Positions 38,800 through 52,491 of a DNA stretch of 64,000 nt are shown here, in pieces. The stretch covers positions 16,554,001-16,618,000 of the forward strand of contig NC_043000.1 in assembly GCF_006345805.1 (NCBI RefSeq). The letters run 5' to 3'. The stretch is from Octopus sinensis (lineage: Eukaryota). The translations under genes were made by a program, and so were the position numbers. The notes under the pieces are model-generated. The model did not search any database, had not been told where the DNA came from, and saw only the letters and a program-made list of their open reading frames with translations. Position 1 is the stretch's first letter. Every line of letters begins with the position of its first letter.

Positions 38800-39135
38800 A
38801 TAAAGACCCTCTTCAGTCATGATTGACCATGGGATTGCACCTAGAAAGTTCCCCTCCAAGGCACAAGCCTGGGTAAGGTTGTTTATAGAAGATCAGCAGT
38901 TGCCCATGTATAGCAACTTTTCCTCTCCATGCCACTGATATTATCCAAGGGAAAAGCAAAGGGGCCGATACAGCTTGACACCAGTGACATTACAACTCAT
39001 TTCTACAGCTGAGTGAACAGGAGCAATGTGAGATAAAGTGTCTTGCTCAAGAACACAACACACAGCCCAGTCCAGGAATCAAACTCACTACCTCATGATT
39101 GTGAGCCTGACACTAACAACTGAGCCATGTGCCTT
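38800..39135 (-). mobile_element. tRNA-derived SINE, family D
   Basis: aaagtgtcttgctcaagaacacaac…ggaatcaaactc…ctaacaactgagccatgtgcc is the reverse complement of the head and core at 41631. Confidence 0.65.
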
Positions 39136-39160
39136 CACTGGTGCGTATATACATGTTATT

Positions 39161-39305
39161 TAATAACAGTTTGACTCAGCTCCATGCAACTTAAAGTTTT
39201 GTAGGATCTTACAACAAACCCAGTTCATCATGAATCTGGAGAGATTCGATCTCCAATTGCCTGATGAAATTTTAAGTTGCATGGGCCTGAGTTAAACTAT
39301 TATTA
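39161..39305. mobile_element. Short MITE with ~39-bp terminal inverted repeats
   Basis: taataacagtttgactcagctccatgcaacttaaagttt pairs with aaattttaagttgcatgggcctgagttaaactattatta. Confidence 0.7.
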
Positions 39306-39385
39306 TATAAATACATGTAATTCTTACAAAATGTGCTGAGTGCTACTTCCCTTTATTTCTCCACTCACTTATGTACTATAAACCA

Positions 39386-39423
<38 letters not shown>

Positions 39424-40947
39424 CAAATTATATGTATTTATTAGCTGATCTAATTCACTTGCTTGTACCATTTAAACACATGTTTTTTATCATTTAATAA
39501 ATAGATATAATGGAATATGGGGGCCTGTGTTAGTATCTAAGGGGTCCATCCCCTCAAGTTTGAGAATTTTTTTTATTCACTCCTGGAAGAATGCCTTAAT
39601 TATTTCAGCCTGGTTGCGTTTGTAGACAATTGAAAAGAATACTTTTAATAGAAAAAAAAGAACTAAAAAACCATACCATTGTAGTTGCGGATGGGCCCCC
39701 TTAGTCTCCTGGCAACCAATATTTTAAGACCCGGTCCACCACTGTATGTGTGTGTGTATATATATATATATTATATATCCAAAATATGCTTTTGAGAACT
39801 GGTTTAAGCAAAGGGTTCACTTTTGAAAGTGGAAATAGAATGACTGGGTGGATATGGATGGTAATGGGTACAACACCAATTTGAAGTTCCTAATTTCAAA
39901 TTTATGAAATTTTTTTTATTTTGTATTTGGGGTGATACACTTCATGCCAAATTTACTTAGTATACCACGTAGAGGAAGCAGGTACCAGATCATTAAGCAA
40001 AAATGTTGTATGTAAAAGGATAGTATTATATCCTATGGCACTTTTACCAGCTTTAATGCCACAAAACTAAAACTAATTACTGTTCGTTAAAGAGATTCTG
40101 TCAGAGCTATAAGTATTTTCTCACTAAAAACTGGAGCAAATCAGGAACTACACTGTGTTTCTTTTAGTGGATTTTAGTTAATCAGGAAAATTCTAAAAAA
40201 GATTATTCCAAGTTTTAAAAGCGAAAAACAAGAAAGTTTCATAAATTTAACCATAAAAAAAAAGAACAAAATTCAAGAGATAAGTTCATCAGACAATAAC
40301 AAAATCTTCAATGGAAATGTTAAATGCGGAATGCCAAAACTATGATGATGATGATGATGAAGTCATGTCAACCCTGACTGAACAGACCTATGATTAAGAG
40401 GTGTTTCAGTTGTGACTATCCCATCTTTGTATAATCAGACGCTACCATTGTCTAATGAGTCCTTCTTTAAAATGGTAGGGAGTAATTTGAGGAGATATTA
40501 GTTGTTATTTCTAGCAGGTTTAGTGACCATGTAGATACTTCCTTGTTGGATTGCGATGTAGTTACAGCATCTAGTGGTTGTAGAAGAGGAAGGTGGTGTG
40601 TAGGAAACAAAGGAAAGTTTTAGGTGGAATAATGTGAGGGGTAAAGAAAATAAAAAAAAATTAAGAAATGGATAATAGAAACTGGGTAAGTCCAATTATA
40701 AAGGGTTTCTAACATAGATTAAACAGATTAAAAGGCAATCATGCTGATTAGGAGGAGTTAATTTCTGAGGAAAGGTGGTGCAGGTGTTGAAAAAACACAC
40801 AAACACTTCACAAAAAATTCAAATTAATCAGACAGGAATGCTTGAAGCTTTAAACAAAAACAACAATATTCAACAGCTGAGGGGGAAACAGGGGTTGCTT
40901 TGCTTTGTGATGATTGCTCACAGTGAATTTTTGTAAAAAGATAAATA

Positions 40948-41322
40948 GGCGCAGGAGTAGCTTGCTAACCAACCACATGGTTCCGGGTTCAGTCCCACTG
41001 CGTGGGATTCTTGGTCAAGTGTCTTCTGCTATAGCCCCGGGCCGACCAATGCCTTGTGAGTGGATTTAGTAGACGGAAACTGAAAGAAGCCTGTCGTATA
41101 TATGTGTGTTTGTGTGTCTGTGTTTGTCCCCCTAGCATTGCTTGACAACCGATGCTGGTGTGTTTACGTCCCTGTCACTTAGCGGTTCGGCAAAAAGAGA
41201 CCAATAGAATAAGTACTAGGCTTACAAAGAATAAGTCCCGGGGTCGATTTGATCGACTAAAGGCGGTGCTCCAGCATGGCCGCAGTCAAATGACTGAAAC
41301 AAGTAAAAGAGTAAAAAGAGTA
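40948..41322 (+). mobile_element. tRNA-derived SINE, family A (A-box deleted)
   Basis: ggcgcaggagtagcttg lacks ggctgtgtggtaagt; the remainder matches the family. Confidence 0.9.
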
Positions 41323-41630
41323 ACTATAATACTATAGCTCATAAGGGTTGTTGTTTTTATGATTTCTAACATTCTGTAGAGAGCTAGAGGTGTGAAAGAG
41401 CAATGGAGTTCTCTGATCAACTCTGAGTATTCATAAGAATAAACTAGCTGATCTGTACCACAATACTTTCAAGCCATGGACTATAGATAGCTTCTGGAAA
41501 TCTGTGGACTAGCAGTGCTGCTAGGGATGGGAGCAGTACGGGTTGAGATAAATTTTTACAGGCATGGAAATACTGTTACCCATGTCTACCCAAAACTGAT
41601 TGTAGATCGCCAAGTTGTGTAGTTATATAA

Positions 41631-41810
41631 GGCATGTGGCGTTGTGGTTAGGGTATTTGGCTCATGATCGTAAGGTCATATGTTCAATTTCTGGTAAGAC
41701 GTTGTGTCCTTGAGCAAGACACTTTATTTCATGTTGCTCCAGTCCACTCAGCTGGCAAAAATGAGTAGTACCCGTATTTTAAAGGGCCAGCCATGTCACA
41801 CTCTGTGTCA
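41631..41810 (+). mobile_element. tRNA-derived SINE, family D
   Basis: ggcatgtggcgttgtggttagg…gttcaatttc…ttgtgtccttgagcaagacactt. Confidence 0.7.
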
Positions 41811-43569
41811 CCCCACCGCCTTCTTTTGATTAGGAAGGGCAGGCAGTTTTCCTCTGTCTGGTGGCTATAGTGAAAGAAGTTGTGTATCGGACAACACTGA
41901 AACGGTTATTAAAGACAGATAAGTTCCTCTTCGGCCAAGTCTGACTTTTTTCAAGTTCCATTTGGAGAGGAAGACAAGTGATATGAGGTAAATGCTGCAC
42001 AGGCTGAGGAATGACGGCCAAGAGTGGGCACTTATTCTTTATAGTCAGGGAATTCTGGATTTGTGGGATTCATAGACAGGCATAGGTGACAGTCCTTCAT
42101 GAAACTATCATACATTAATATGCTCAATACAGCAACATAATTTTTTCTCAGTCAGCAATCTATTTTCTTAGTAAACTATAGTATTTTGTGTCTCTGTAAG
42201 GTCCCCTTCAAGCAATAATAGAATGGACTATTATTATTATCATCAAGGCAACCAAGTCAACAGAATTGCTGGTTGGCAGTATTTTTTCTGCCTCTTTACA
42301 TTCTGCATTCAAATCCTGCTGAGGTCAACTTTGCCTTCCATGCTTTTGGTGGTTAATAAAAATAAAATTAAGCGCCAGTCAGTACTGGTATTACCGTAAT
42401 GGACTAATTTTCTCGCCTACAACTGCTAGCCTTGGGCCAAAATTTGAAACCATTATTGTTGTTGTTACTATTATTATTATTATTATTATTATAGGATAGT
42501 GGAGTGGTAGAAAATGGTAAAGAACTAAACTAAATGCCTCACATAAACTTGTAGTTCAAATCCTATCAAAGTTAACTTTACCAGTCATCTCTAAGAAATT
42601 AATAAAAATAAGTACCAGTTATGTACTGAGGTTGATTTCAATTTACTATATACTCCTTCTCTCCAAATTTGAAGACTTGTGCCAAAAAAAGAAAACTTAC
42701 TAATCAATTATTATTATTCCGAGAGATGGTAAGCTGGCAGAATTGCTAAAGTGTTGGAATAAGTTTTGCTGTATTTCGCTGGCTCTTTATGTTCAGAGTT
42801 CATATACTGCCAAGGTCAATTTTGAGGGTCAATAAAATAGAATAGCATGTATTTAAGAATACATGATAGATACACTTAACCTTCTTTGCTATGGAAGTTT
42901 GTGCTAGTGGGAGTTGCTGGTGGGAGGGTTGAAATCATATGAATACTTTCATTTAAAAAAAAAAAAGGGACGCAATAGACCAATCCACTTTCACAAATTT
43001 CCTTTAACTTTCTGAGCTACTGAAGGAACCTTTACATGGTTGTCTGACCTCCTAGAAATATCAGCTAAATATCTCCCTCAAATTACACTTTACCTTCTTT
43101 AAAAGAAAGGTACATGTATAAGATAATGTAGATTTATATGCATTAGATCTTAAAAATAAAAGTCTGGATGGTCATTGCTGGAACATCTTGGATATCATGG
43201 ATCTGCTGATAGAGAAGTAACCTAGGGTTAAACAACAGCCTTGAGTCTAATAATCCAATGCAATAATACAGCTGTACGTAAAACATGAGCCCTTACACTA
43301 TCACAAATGAGTACTTTGGTATCTTGTCTCTAAGATCCAAAAAATATAAAAGAGACAGAATACAGAGAGAGGGGGGGGGGTTAAGGGAAATTAACAAACC
43401 CTTGACAACTAGCTCCTCCCATTGCCTTGGTGAAAGTAGCCACAGGGCAAAAACCATGTCTCTTAATAAACTGCCATTTCAAGAAGCACATGTTTAACAC
43501 TCTAAATCTTTGTCAACATGCTCTATAAGAGAAGGTGTGCATGGTGAAGAAGTATAAACCAAATACACC

Positions 43570-43737
43570 TGTATAAGATTTTGTGGGGTCCATGTAACAA
43601 AATAGCAAACCTATACAAGTTAATGTGTGAAAACCAAAACAGGAATTTTGAAAATTTTTAGAACTAATTTAGAACTAATTTTTAAACATTGAATGGCTAT
43701 AGGGATCCATAGATAAAAAAATGGTTGAGAACCCCTG
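43570..43737. mobile_element. hAT-type MITE remnant
   Basis: Right end gttgagaacccctg (reverse complement CAGGGGTTCTCAAC, a typical hAT terminus) and internal ggggtccat motifs. The left end is degraded. Confidence 0.45.
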
Positions 43738-44534
43738 TTTTACACCCTAAATCTTTGGACAGCATGCTTCATAATAAAGACAAGGTGGACAAGAAATGCA
43801 CATCTGTATTACTCTATCATGGGGATTTGGTTCCAAAAAAGACTGATAAATGAATCAGCCCCACACACCTTGTAAATGGAATGAATAATAGATTCATTGA
43901 CCCCTAAACTTGCAGCCAACAGTAATCAAACTTCCACTGTCACATATTTTCTTGATTATCTCTACATTTTCCTGCAGAGAATACACTAATTTGTGTTGTT
44001 TGCTAGGATCAGGCATTTTTGTATTTTTCTGTTCACTGGTCCCCACCTTTCATGGGTACGAGTTTGTAAATCCAAATCCAAATAAGAAATATTGTGCCTT
44101 GCAGCATGGTCATGTCAACACAAGAGATAGTCAGTGCATTCTGGGGTAGCTGAGCAGTGTGGGTGGTCACTAGGACTTGTTTTTGAAGTACTAGCAAAAT
44201 TGGCTAATTATTGACCTGTGTTATCACAGATCAATCCATGATAAGCGTGACATGATCCACAATTGAGCATACCATGTTATCCTGAATCAGTAATGACTGA
44301 ATCAGTGATAAATGAAGCTACATGTATTTAGATGTATTTAGCTTGATCGGTTACTTCTATACCATTGATTTAGCTAAGAACTAACTAACTAGAACTACTT
44401 GCAACCATCAAACTACTGTTTTAGATATGCCTTCACATAGTCTCCTCCACAATCACTTCATTTAATCGAATGTTTATATTTTATACCATCCTATCACAGT
44501 TGTCAATATTCTCACAGAGCTTCTTACAGCAGTT

Positions 44535-44758
44535 TTAACCCTTTAGCAATCGGATTATTCTGTCAAATGCAATGCTTACTCATTCGCATTATTTTGAATT
44601 AACGATGCATTATCTCGAAGCTTCAAGGTTATGATGATGTGATTATTTTAAGAATAACACTGTAGGGTATGTGTGAGAGGTCTGATCCGGTCAGTTTGAA
44701 CATAAAACATTTAGAATATTTTGGCTGGATAGGGCTGGTTTAAATGTCAAAGGGTTAA
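44535..44758. mobile_element. piggyBac-type MITE
   Basis: ttaaccctttagca…tgtcaaagggttaa. Confidence 0.75.
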
Positions 44759-45354
44759 CATCCTCATCCTCGCTTTTACTTTTGTTTTCCATGCTGGAAT
44801 GAGTAGGATTGGTTATCCAAGTCTGGGTTAGTTCTTATATATCATCATCGTCATTTAACATCCACTTTTCCACGCTTGCATAGGTTAGATGGAATTTATT
44901 GAGGTAGATTTTCTATGGCTGGATGTCCATTCTGTTGCCACTCCTCACCAGTTTCCAAGTAATGTAATATAATATATATTATTCCAGGAGCGTCTGTGAT
45001 AAAACGGTATGGTTGTGTGGTTATGAAGTTTGCTTTGCAAGCATGTGGTTCCTGGTACCATTCTGTTGCACAACACCTTGGGCAAGTGTCTTCTACCATT
45101 GCCTTAGGCTGACCAATGCCTTGTCAGTGAAATTTGGTAGATGGAAACTGTGAAAGCCACTCATATGTTTGTGTGTTTATTTGCAATAAAACTGGTGATT
45201 AGAATAAGATCTTGTAGTATCTATTATGTCTGATTTGCACAGACAGTTCTTTTGCATTCTTGCCATCAAAAGTTACCCAGCAACTTGTTTCTTGGAAACC
45301 TGTAGTCAATGATGCTATTAATCATAAGGTTTAGCATGATGCTATTAATCATAA

Positions 45355-45584
45355 GGCGGCGAGCTAGCAGAAACGTTAGCACGCCGGGCAAAATGCTTAG
45401 CGGTATTTCGTCTGCGTTACGTTGTGAGTTCAAATTCCGCCGAGGTTGATTTTGCCTTTCATCCTTTCGGGGTCGATAAATTAAGTACCAGTTATGAACT
45501 GGGGTCGATGTAATCGACTTAACACCTATGTCTATCCTTGTTTGTTCCCTCTGTGTTTAGCCCCTTGTGGGTAATAAAGAAATA
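45355..45584 (+). mobile_element. tRNA-derived SINE, family B
   Basis: ggcggcgagctagcagaaacgttagc…gagttcaaattcc…ccccttgtgggtaataaagaaata. Confidence 0.9.
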
Positions 45585-46530
45585 GGTATAGCATGATGTA
45601 AAAAAAAGGCTAACCCTACAAACTCCATGAAGTTTAGAATGGACCCCACCAGAATATGCTCAGTAGAAGTGATGACAAATATTTCTCCCTTTCCTTACAA
45701 CATTGTTTCTTTGATCCAAGGAACAAACTTAATTTTAAGGATGGTGGTTGGTGTTATTTAGTCTGAGAGGGGAGATATAAAGATGCAATTATTAGAGAAT
45801 CTGAATGGTCATGTTGTTGGTTTGGAACCTACACGCACATAAACAGCAAATATCCTTTGTTGATTACTTGGATTACATATATAACCCTACTGCTATGTTA
45901 ATTGTAAATCTTCATTTAAAAAAAAAAAATGAAAAAGAAAAACCAAAACAATGCAGGATCTTACTTCCTAATTAAATTACTAAGATTAATTTTTTTTCTA
46001 AAATTTAAACATTAATTAGACTTGCATTATTAAATAGACTGAACAGTAGGGGTAGTGTAGTGAGGGTAGTAGTGTTGGTTCTAGTTCATTGTGAGTGTGG
46101 TAGTAGTGGTCAATAAGGTAGAGATAGCATTGGCAGTCAGTCATTTAATATCAATGAGAGGTCAGTAAGGAGAACCCCACCCACACTATTTCAAAGTGAA
46201 GAGCCTCAACCCACCTGATCATAGCAACTGGATTAAAAGAGATAGAAAAGGAAACGATGACTCAATAATTCTGATCAAATCCTGACAAATTGAGACTCCC
46301 ATGTTACTGTTTTTAAGAAAGTAACTACATAGACATGGCCACAGTCACACTTAACAAATTCTACACAGCCTGAAGCCACAGCAAAGTGGATGCACCAAAG
46401 AGTAGCAGGTAAAAAAAAAAAATAGAAAACCACAGAAGTCAGGGTGACGAGAATATGGTTGGAACTAGAAACAAGCAAGGGCAACTGGAAAATGGTTTGC
46501 TTTTTAAGTAGCACATTAGTAACACGATAC

Positions 46531-47376
46531 CTTTCTCTTGGAATACATATGGCAAATTCCGACGAGACTTTGTCCCTGGAGCGGAATATGTTCTACTGCG
46601 GGTCTTAGACGGGTCCCATTCCGGGTCCCAAGAACAGGCTCGCATCAAAAATTCTGGGTCAGTTGACTCTGTTGTCATGCTATCATCACAGCCTAAAGTG
46701 TCTAGTCCAGACTCTACTGTTATGTGAATTTGACTGGGGTCAGTATCAAATCGTACTGACCTCTTTGCAGGTAAACATGTCAGCTCACTCTGTGGTTTCG
46801 AGCAAGCTTGAGACACAAGTGAGTCAGTCGCTGCACTCACGTTGTTCAACTCACCTTCTTTCGACTCTGCGGAATAAACAACTTGCTCGGCTTGTTCACT
46901 TGTTTCAGCGATCTCTTCGCCTGTTTCTTTGTAAAGCTGCTCATAACTTGAAGAGCGTCCAGTTGGCTGAAGATGTAGGTCAAGTTGTTTTGTGTCAAAA
47001 CGATCTCCGATGTCTAGATCACTGGCATTCATGGCTAACTTGCTGACTTCAGGAGCGAGTTGCACTCCGTCATAAACATTTTCATAACTGGACATCATGC
47101 GTTCAAAGTCTTCTTCAGTTAGAGCTCGATCATCGGAGCCGCTGTCTTCTCTACAGGGTTGCTGAGATTGTACAGCAGCTACTTGTTCGCCAAAATCAGA
47201 ACTGCTGATACTAGAATACGTGTTGTTGTCTCTAGACTGAGATGATGACATCAACGCTGGTTCAGTGGAAACCGAATCTTCATCTTGTAACGTGGAATCA
47301 GGCATCGATATTTTGTTTCCCTCACAAACAATTTGTTCAACCATCTGCTCAAATATGATCTCCTGTTTGTCAATAC
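46531..47376 (-). CDS. Exon, 846 nt, phase 1/1 (GIDKQEIIFEQMVEQ…NLPYVFQEK)
   Basis: Acceptor tgttgtttttgtgcag|GT ATT and donor GAG AAA G|gtatcg; lies inside the 328-aa ORF. Confidence 0.85.
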
Positions 47377-47919
47377 CTGCACAAAAACAACACACAAAAC
47401 AAAATGATACAAAATTGGAAATCATCTTTCATGCAACTCTCTCTCTTTTTCATACACATGCACAGACACACAGACACACATGCAGGGATTATCCAGTTTA
47501 ATTTGGAGTTTCTGAGATTCAAACTGAAAAGGTAGAATAAATACCAACAGCCACAATATATTTTCAATCTATCCAATTGGAAACATTGCTTTGCTTTAAA
47601 TATTCTTGGATTCAACTGAATCCTTTCCGCTTTGCAGTGAGGATGTATCTGTGACACATCTTCATCCATAACTGCCAACACACTCACACATAAATAAAAG
47701 AGGTAAATATTAAACTGGTGTTTAACACAGTTTTTTAGAAAGTTACATGAACTAAAAGACGAGGATTTGGCTGCTGATGACTATCATGGGTTGGATGAAT
47801 TTGCAATAAACCATTTCTCAAATTGCATTTTGTGATATTTTGTATGTGGTGCTATGGTGTTCATAAACAACAGACCTAACACCACTTAGCTTTTTTGTTA
47901 TGTTTTAATCAGCCTATCG

Positions 47920-48373
47920 TAGCCTTCCAGCATTCAGATTACTCTGTCATATGCAATGCTCATTTGTTCATCAGGTTTTGAATTAATCATGCATTATCTC
48001 TTAGCTTTGAGATTCTGATGAAGTAACTGTTTATTTTTAGAATGAAATTGTAGGGTAGGTGTCAGAAGCTGGATCTCACAAGTTTGAACATGAAACAGGG
48101 AGAATATTTGGGCTGGACATACCCAGTTTAAATGCTAAATGGTTAAATCCTACCTATGTCGTCACTGTTTTATGTCCATTTTCTGTGTGGCCATGGGCTG
48201 GACATACCCAGTTCAAATTCTAAATGGTTAAATCCTACCTATGTCGTCACTGTTTTATGTCCATTTTCTGTGTGGCTATGGGCTGGACATACCCAGTTCA
48301 AATTCTAAATGGTTAAATCCTACCTATGTCATCACTGTTTTATGTCCATTTTCTGTGTTGGTATGGGCTGGAC
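47920..48373. repeat. piggyBac-type MITE whose right junction is triplicated as an 85-bp tandem repeat
   Basis: Units start at 48110, 48195 and 48280 (partial at 48365): gggctggacatacccagtt…ggttaaatcctacctatgtc…. Confidence 0.8.
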
Positions 48374-48989
48374 AGGATATCATGGTCTGAGCTTGACCTA
48401 GTTTGGAGTAAGCACCCTTATAGTTGAGTTGAGGACCATGCTTGTTTATACATTCCTTTTTATGGCTGGATGCCCTTCCTAATGCAAAACACTTAACAGA
48501 CAAAAAGCTGTGGTATATTTTCACTTAGCATCATAACCATTACCAACATCATCATCAGATGAAACACTAAGGATGACTGGAATGATATATCCATAGTTAT
48601 GACGATAATAATGATAAGACTAAGTAATCAACAAGAAATGAAATTATATGATAAATGGCACCAAAGGAATCATTGAGATGGGATGGACTAGAAGAGAATG
48701 CATGAATGTTGATGACCAACATACAACATACACACCTAGATGAAGGTACATACACATATACACAACGAAATAGTGTCCGCATATAGACAGTTTTTGTATT
48801 TGGAAATCTGTCAGATGTTTGGGACACTTGATATACGCACACAAGCAACAGTAAACATTGAAAAAAAAAAAAAAGAAACAGTAAAGAGTAGCAACAGTAA
48901 AACAGACATTTTTTTAAATATGACAAAAAATACAATACACATACACACATTACATAGCCACACAACTATTCCGTCTTAAATGACTTGGA

Positions 48990-49760
48990 CTTATAGAATT
49001 GCGTACAAGGAGATAAAATTCTTGTTATTGTTCCTGTGTAGCATAAAGTGGGCTGGTTCAATGGAATTTTGATATCCGTATAAAAGAATGGTAAAGATGA
49101 CTAGCCAAAGTTTGGTATGCTGTTGGACTTGGATCCTTTGTCATGTCTAGTTCAGCATTTCATAATTCTGAGTTTAAGTCCTGCATGAATCGACGTCGCC
49201 AAATGTCATACAGACATCATTAAGTTCAATTGATTTATACGGTCCAACTCACTACCAGACAAAAAAGAACTGGTTATCCAAAACAGAAAAATCAGTGTTT
49301 ACATGCATTTTTTTTCATGTTGGTATCAGAGGTAAGATGGTTTTTTGATATTGTTGGATCTGAACACCGATTTGAGAGAAAAGAAAAACAGGCCCACTGA
49401 CCAGGCAAAAGCAGTATATCTTCCAGTTTTCGGCAAAAATTTCATAATGTTTGTTCCACTGTTTTTACAAAAGGTTAGCCTTCCAAGAGGTGGTGATTCA
49501 ATATTTCTCCAATGATGAAAACTTGCTTAGTAAGAATACGACCTTTCATTTTTCTTGGGTGTGTACAAGGTAGGTGGAATTCCGTTCTTTTCCATTATCC
49601 TGTTTTGCAATCTAACATGACTTCCTGAAGACAAATTCTTTTCTTTGCAGTTTTTATTGTTCAGCAAGTGAAAGACGAAATCTTTGTTCTTCGGATAGAG
49701 CGTAAGTCAATGGCAGGTTGACTTCTCCAGATGACCCATTCCAATTCCAGCACAAGGCTA
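48990..49760 (-). mobile_element. Possible highly decayed LINE fragment
   Basis: Non-microsatellite, coding-like sequence with many stops. LDMTKDPSP/NSIP at ~49115-49150 resembles the K-x-PGPD-x-IP motif preceding LINE reverse transcriptase domains. Confidence 0.3.
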
Positions 49761-52119
49761 TAGCACGATTTCTCTTAACATTAAGCCACAGTTTGACACA
49801 TTTATCATACAAACAGAGAATTTACTCAGCCTAAATATTTCTCTTCCTCTCATACACACACATACATACATGGTATGAATGACTTATAAGGTGACCTAAA
49901 CATTTTTTTTTTCTTCCAGAGTACACAGGTGAGTATGTGTGAGTGTATGAGTCAGATATGTTCCTCAAAGCCTTTCCAATCCCCTGATATATCAAAATGT
50001 CCTCATTTAGTTCTCATACCAGGTCCAGAAAATTCAAAATAGGAACGGAAGAAAAATAAAATAAAACAACAAAAAACAACAACTAAAAATATATATATCA
50101 GCTTAGTAGGAATAAATCATGTGAGAATTGGTAAACATTACAACAGAATCAGCAAACAACAAATTTCTAGTGCCATGCTCATGCAGCAGATTGTCTGCCA
50201 AGCAAAGGAAGGAACTGTTAGTAGGTACCAGGTTAAAGACCTCCGTTTCACCCACAAAATCAATGGTCAACCATTTCAATCAACACTGTATGTTAGAATA
50301 GGTGTAACATTCACCTGAATGTTTTGGGGAAACAATCTACACACCTGGCTGTTTGGATGTGCAGATTCAATATGATATAGCACCTAAGGGTAGCAAGTCA
50401 TCAGGAGTCCCTACAACTTAGTAGTAGGGGTTTCATTACATTTGGTAAGCTGTTCCACCACTGTATATCTCACAGTGCCACTTCAAATCGGCCCTTCTCA
50501 TGTCTAGTTTATAGTTGTAGTACTTACAGAATACCTCCTACTTTTATACATCAATTACTTATATGGTAAATGTGGTACTTAGATAACATCTCTACAAGTA
50601 GTCAGTGTTGCACTGTATCATCCAACTGTCTCTTCTACCACTACTATAACAGTTCCTGCTTCTCTGAACTAGAAAGCTGCATTACTAATCCAATTGAAAC
50701 TAATCCAATTCACCTATCCCTACTGTGCCTTATACCTGAACTAAAAAAATAAAAAAAATTTCCATAACCAATTCTCCCCAGGATTACAGCTCTCAGGATC
50801 TCCCTCTGTTTAAATTTCCCTTAAATACATCTATCTAAAGAAGTTAACATCAACTACATCAGTCAGAGAAGAGGTAGGACCCTCATCCCCACCACAAAAA
50901 AAAACAAACAAAACAAAACAAAGAAAAACCAAAAAAAAAAAACCCATGAGCTGTGGAACTATACTTTATCAGCTTTATCTTGTCATTACTTCACTATCTA
51001 TATTTTACATAGATTTCAAAACTGAGAGCATTTACTAAGAATATAATCCTCTGAAACTTTAATCTTATCCTGAGAATGTATATTTGCTATATTTATAATT
51101 ACACTATAATTCATTTGATTTCAAAGCCATCATAATCAGTTATTTAATTACAGGGTGTATACGTAGTTCCATACAGAATTTGAACCAGCAACCTTTAATT
51201 CTACACTAGTTATATAATAGTTATATAATAATTCTACACTAGTTATATAATAGTTTCTGCAACACATTGCTCTGCAGCATTAGTAGAGAAGATCATTCCT
51301 ATGATCAAAGGTATTCCAACCATGACCATCCAATTTTTTTGTGGGTATATAGGACATCATCATCTGTGTCCTTATTTGGAATGGTAGATATGATTTGTAT
51401 GTAATTTGGCTGCTATTTCTGACAGGTCGAGTGATCATGTATAAACTCCCTCAGTGGCTCATCTCTGTATAGTGTAGTCAATAGGTGGTTCAACTTTGTG
51501 GAGACAGTCTCCAAGACAAAGTCTGAACACATTTTTACAAGCCAATGAAACATTTGCCAATTTATACACAAAACTAGAAATTTATAGGATGGAGATTGGA
51601 AAGGGTAACTGGAAGTTGTCCTGTTTATGCTTTTCAAAAGGATATTACCAACTTAAAATAAGCCCCAACTAAGGATTAAAATTGAGATGAAACATTTAAA
51701 ATTTATTTGTTGAAATTTTAACTGCCACTAGTCTCCACAATGTTAACAATGCTAAAAATAATGGTTTTTTTTTTTTTTTATGCAGATATTAAATCTAAAA
51801 TTGTAAAGCAAGGAGAAATGAGAAGCTGTGATAGTCATGCCTCTCTAAAAAGCAATAGTGACAGAGTGGCAATGTCCCAACAGGGCCACTGCTTACTAGC
51901 TGGAACTAGTAAAAGAATGTACATGATATATTTACAACAAAGTATTGAGACTGGGTCACTGTCTAGGTTCACAGAAAATTTATGTCTAGACTACGCTTTG
52001 TGGCACTCATCAATAACAACAACAACAACAATAATAATAACAATAATAATGATTAAAAATCACAATGAAGACTAAGTGGCGACTCTCCAGTATGAAAGTC
52101 AAACTATAATAATAATAAC

Positions 52120-52319
52120 TATAGGTACAAGGTCTGAAATTTTAGGGAAGAGGGCTAGTCGATTACATCGACCCCAGTGCTCAACTGGTACTTATTTTAT
52201 CAATCTCAAAAGGATGAAAGGCAAAGTAGACCTCAGTAGAATTTGAACTCAGAATGTAAAGCTGGATAAAATGCCACTAAGCATTATGTGTGGCATGCTA
52301 ACAATTCTGCCAGCTTGCC

Positions 52320-52320
<1 letters not shown>
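52120..52320 (-). mobile_element. Family B-like SINE
   Basis: tagtcgattacatcgaccccagtg…gaatttgaactcagaatg…ttctgccagcttgcc. Confidence 0.75.
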
Positions 52321-52352
<32 letters not shown>

Positions 52353-52491
52353 GTTGTTTCTTTACTAATAACATTTCTGATTGGAGAGCAAGTGTAAAAC
52401 TGCTTGTGAATATGTGTGTGTGTGTGTGTTATCATTTAAGATTACTGCAATACGGTACCTAACTAATAAATAGAATCAAAGTGAAATATAC

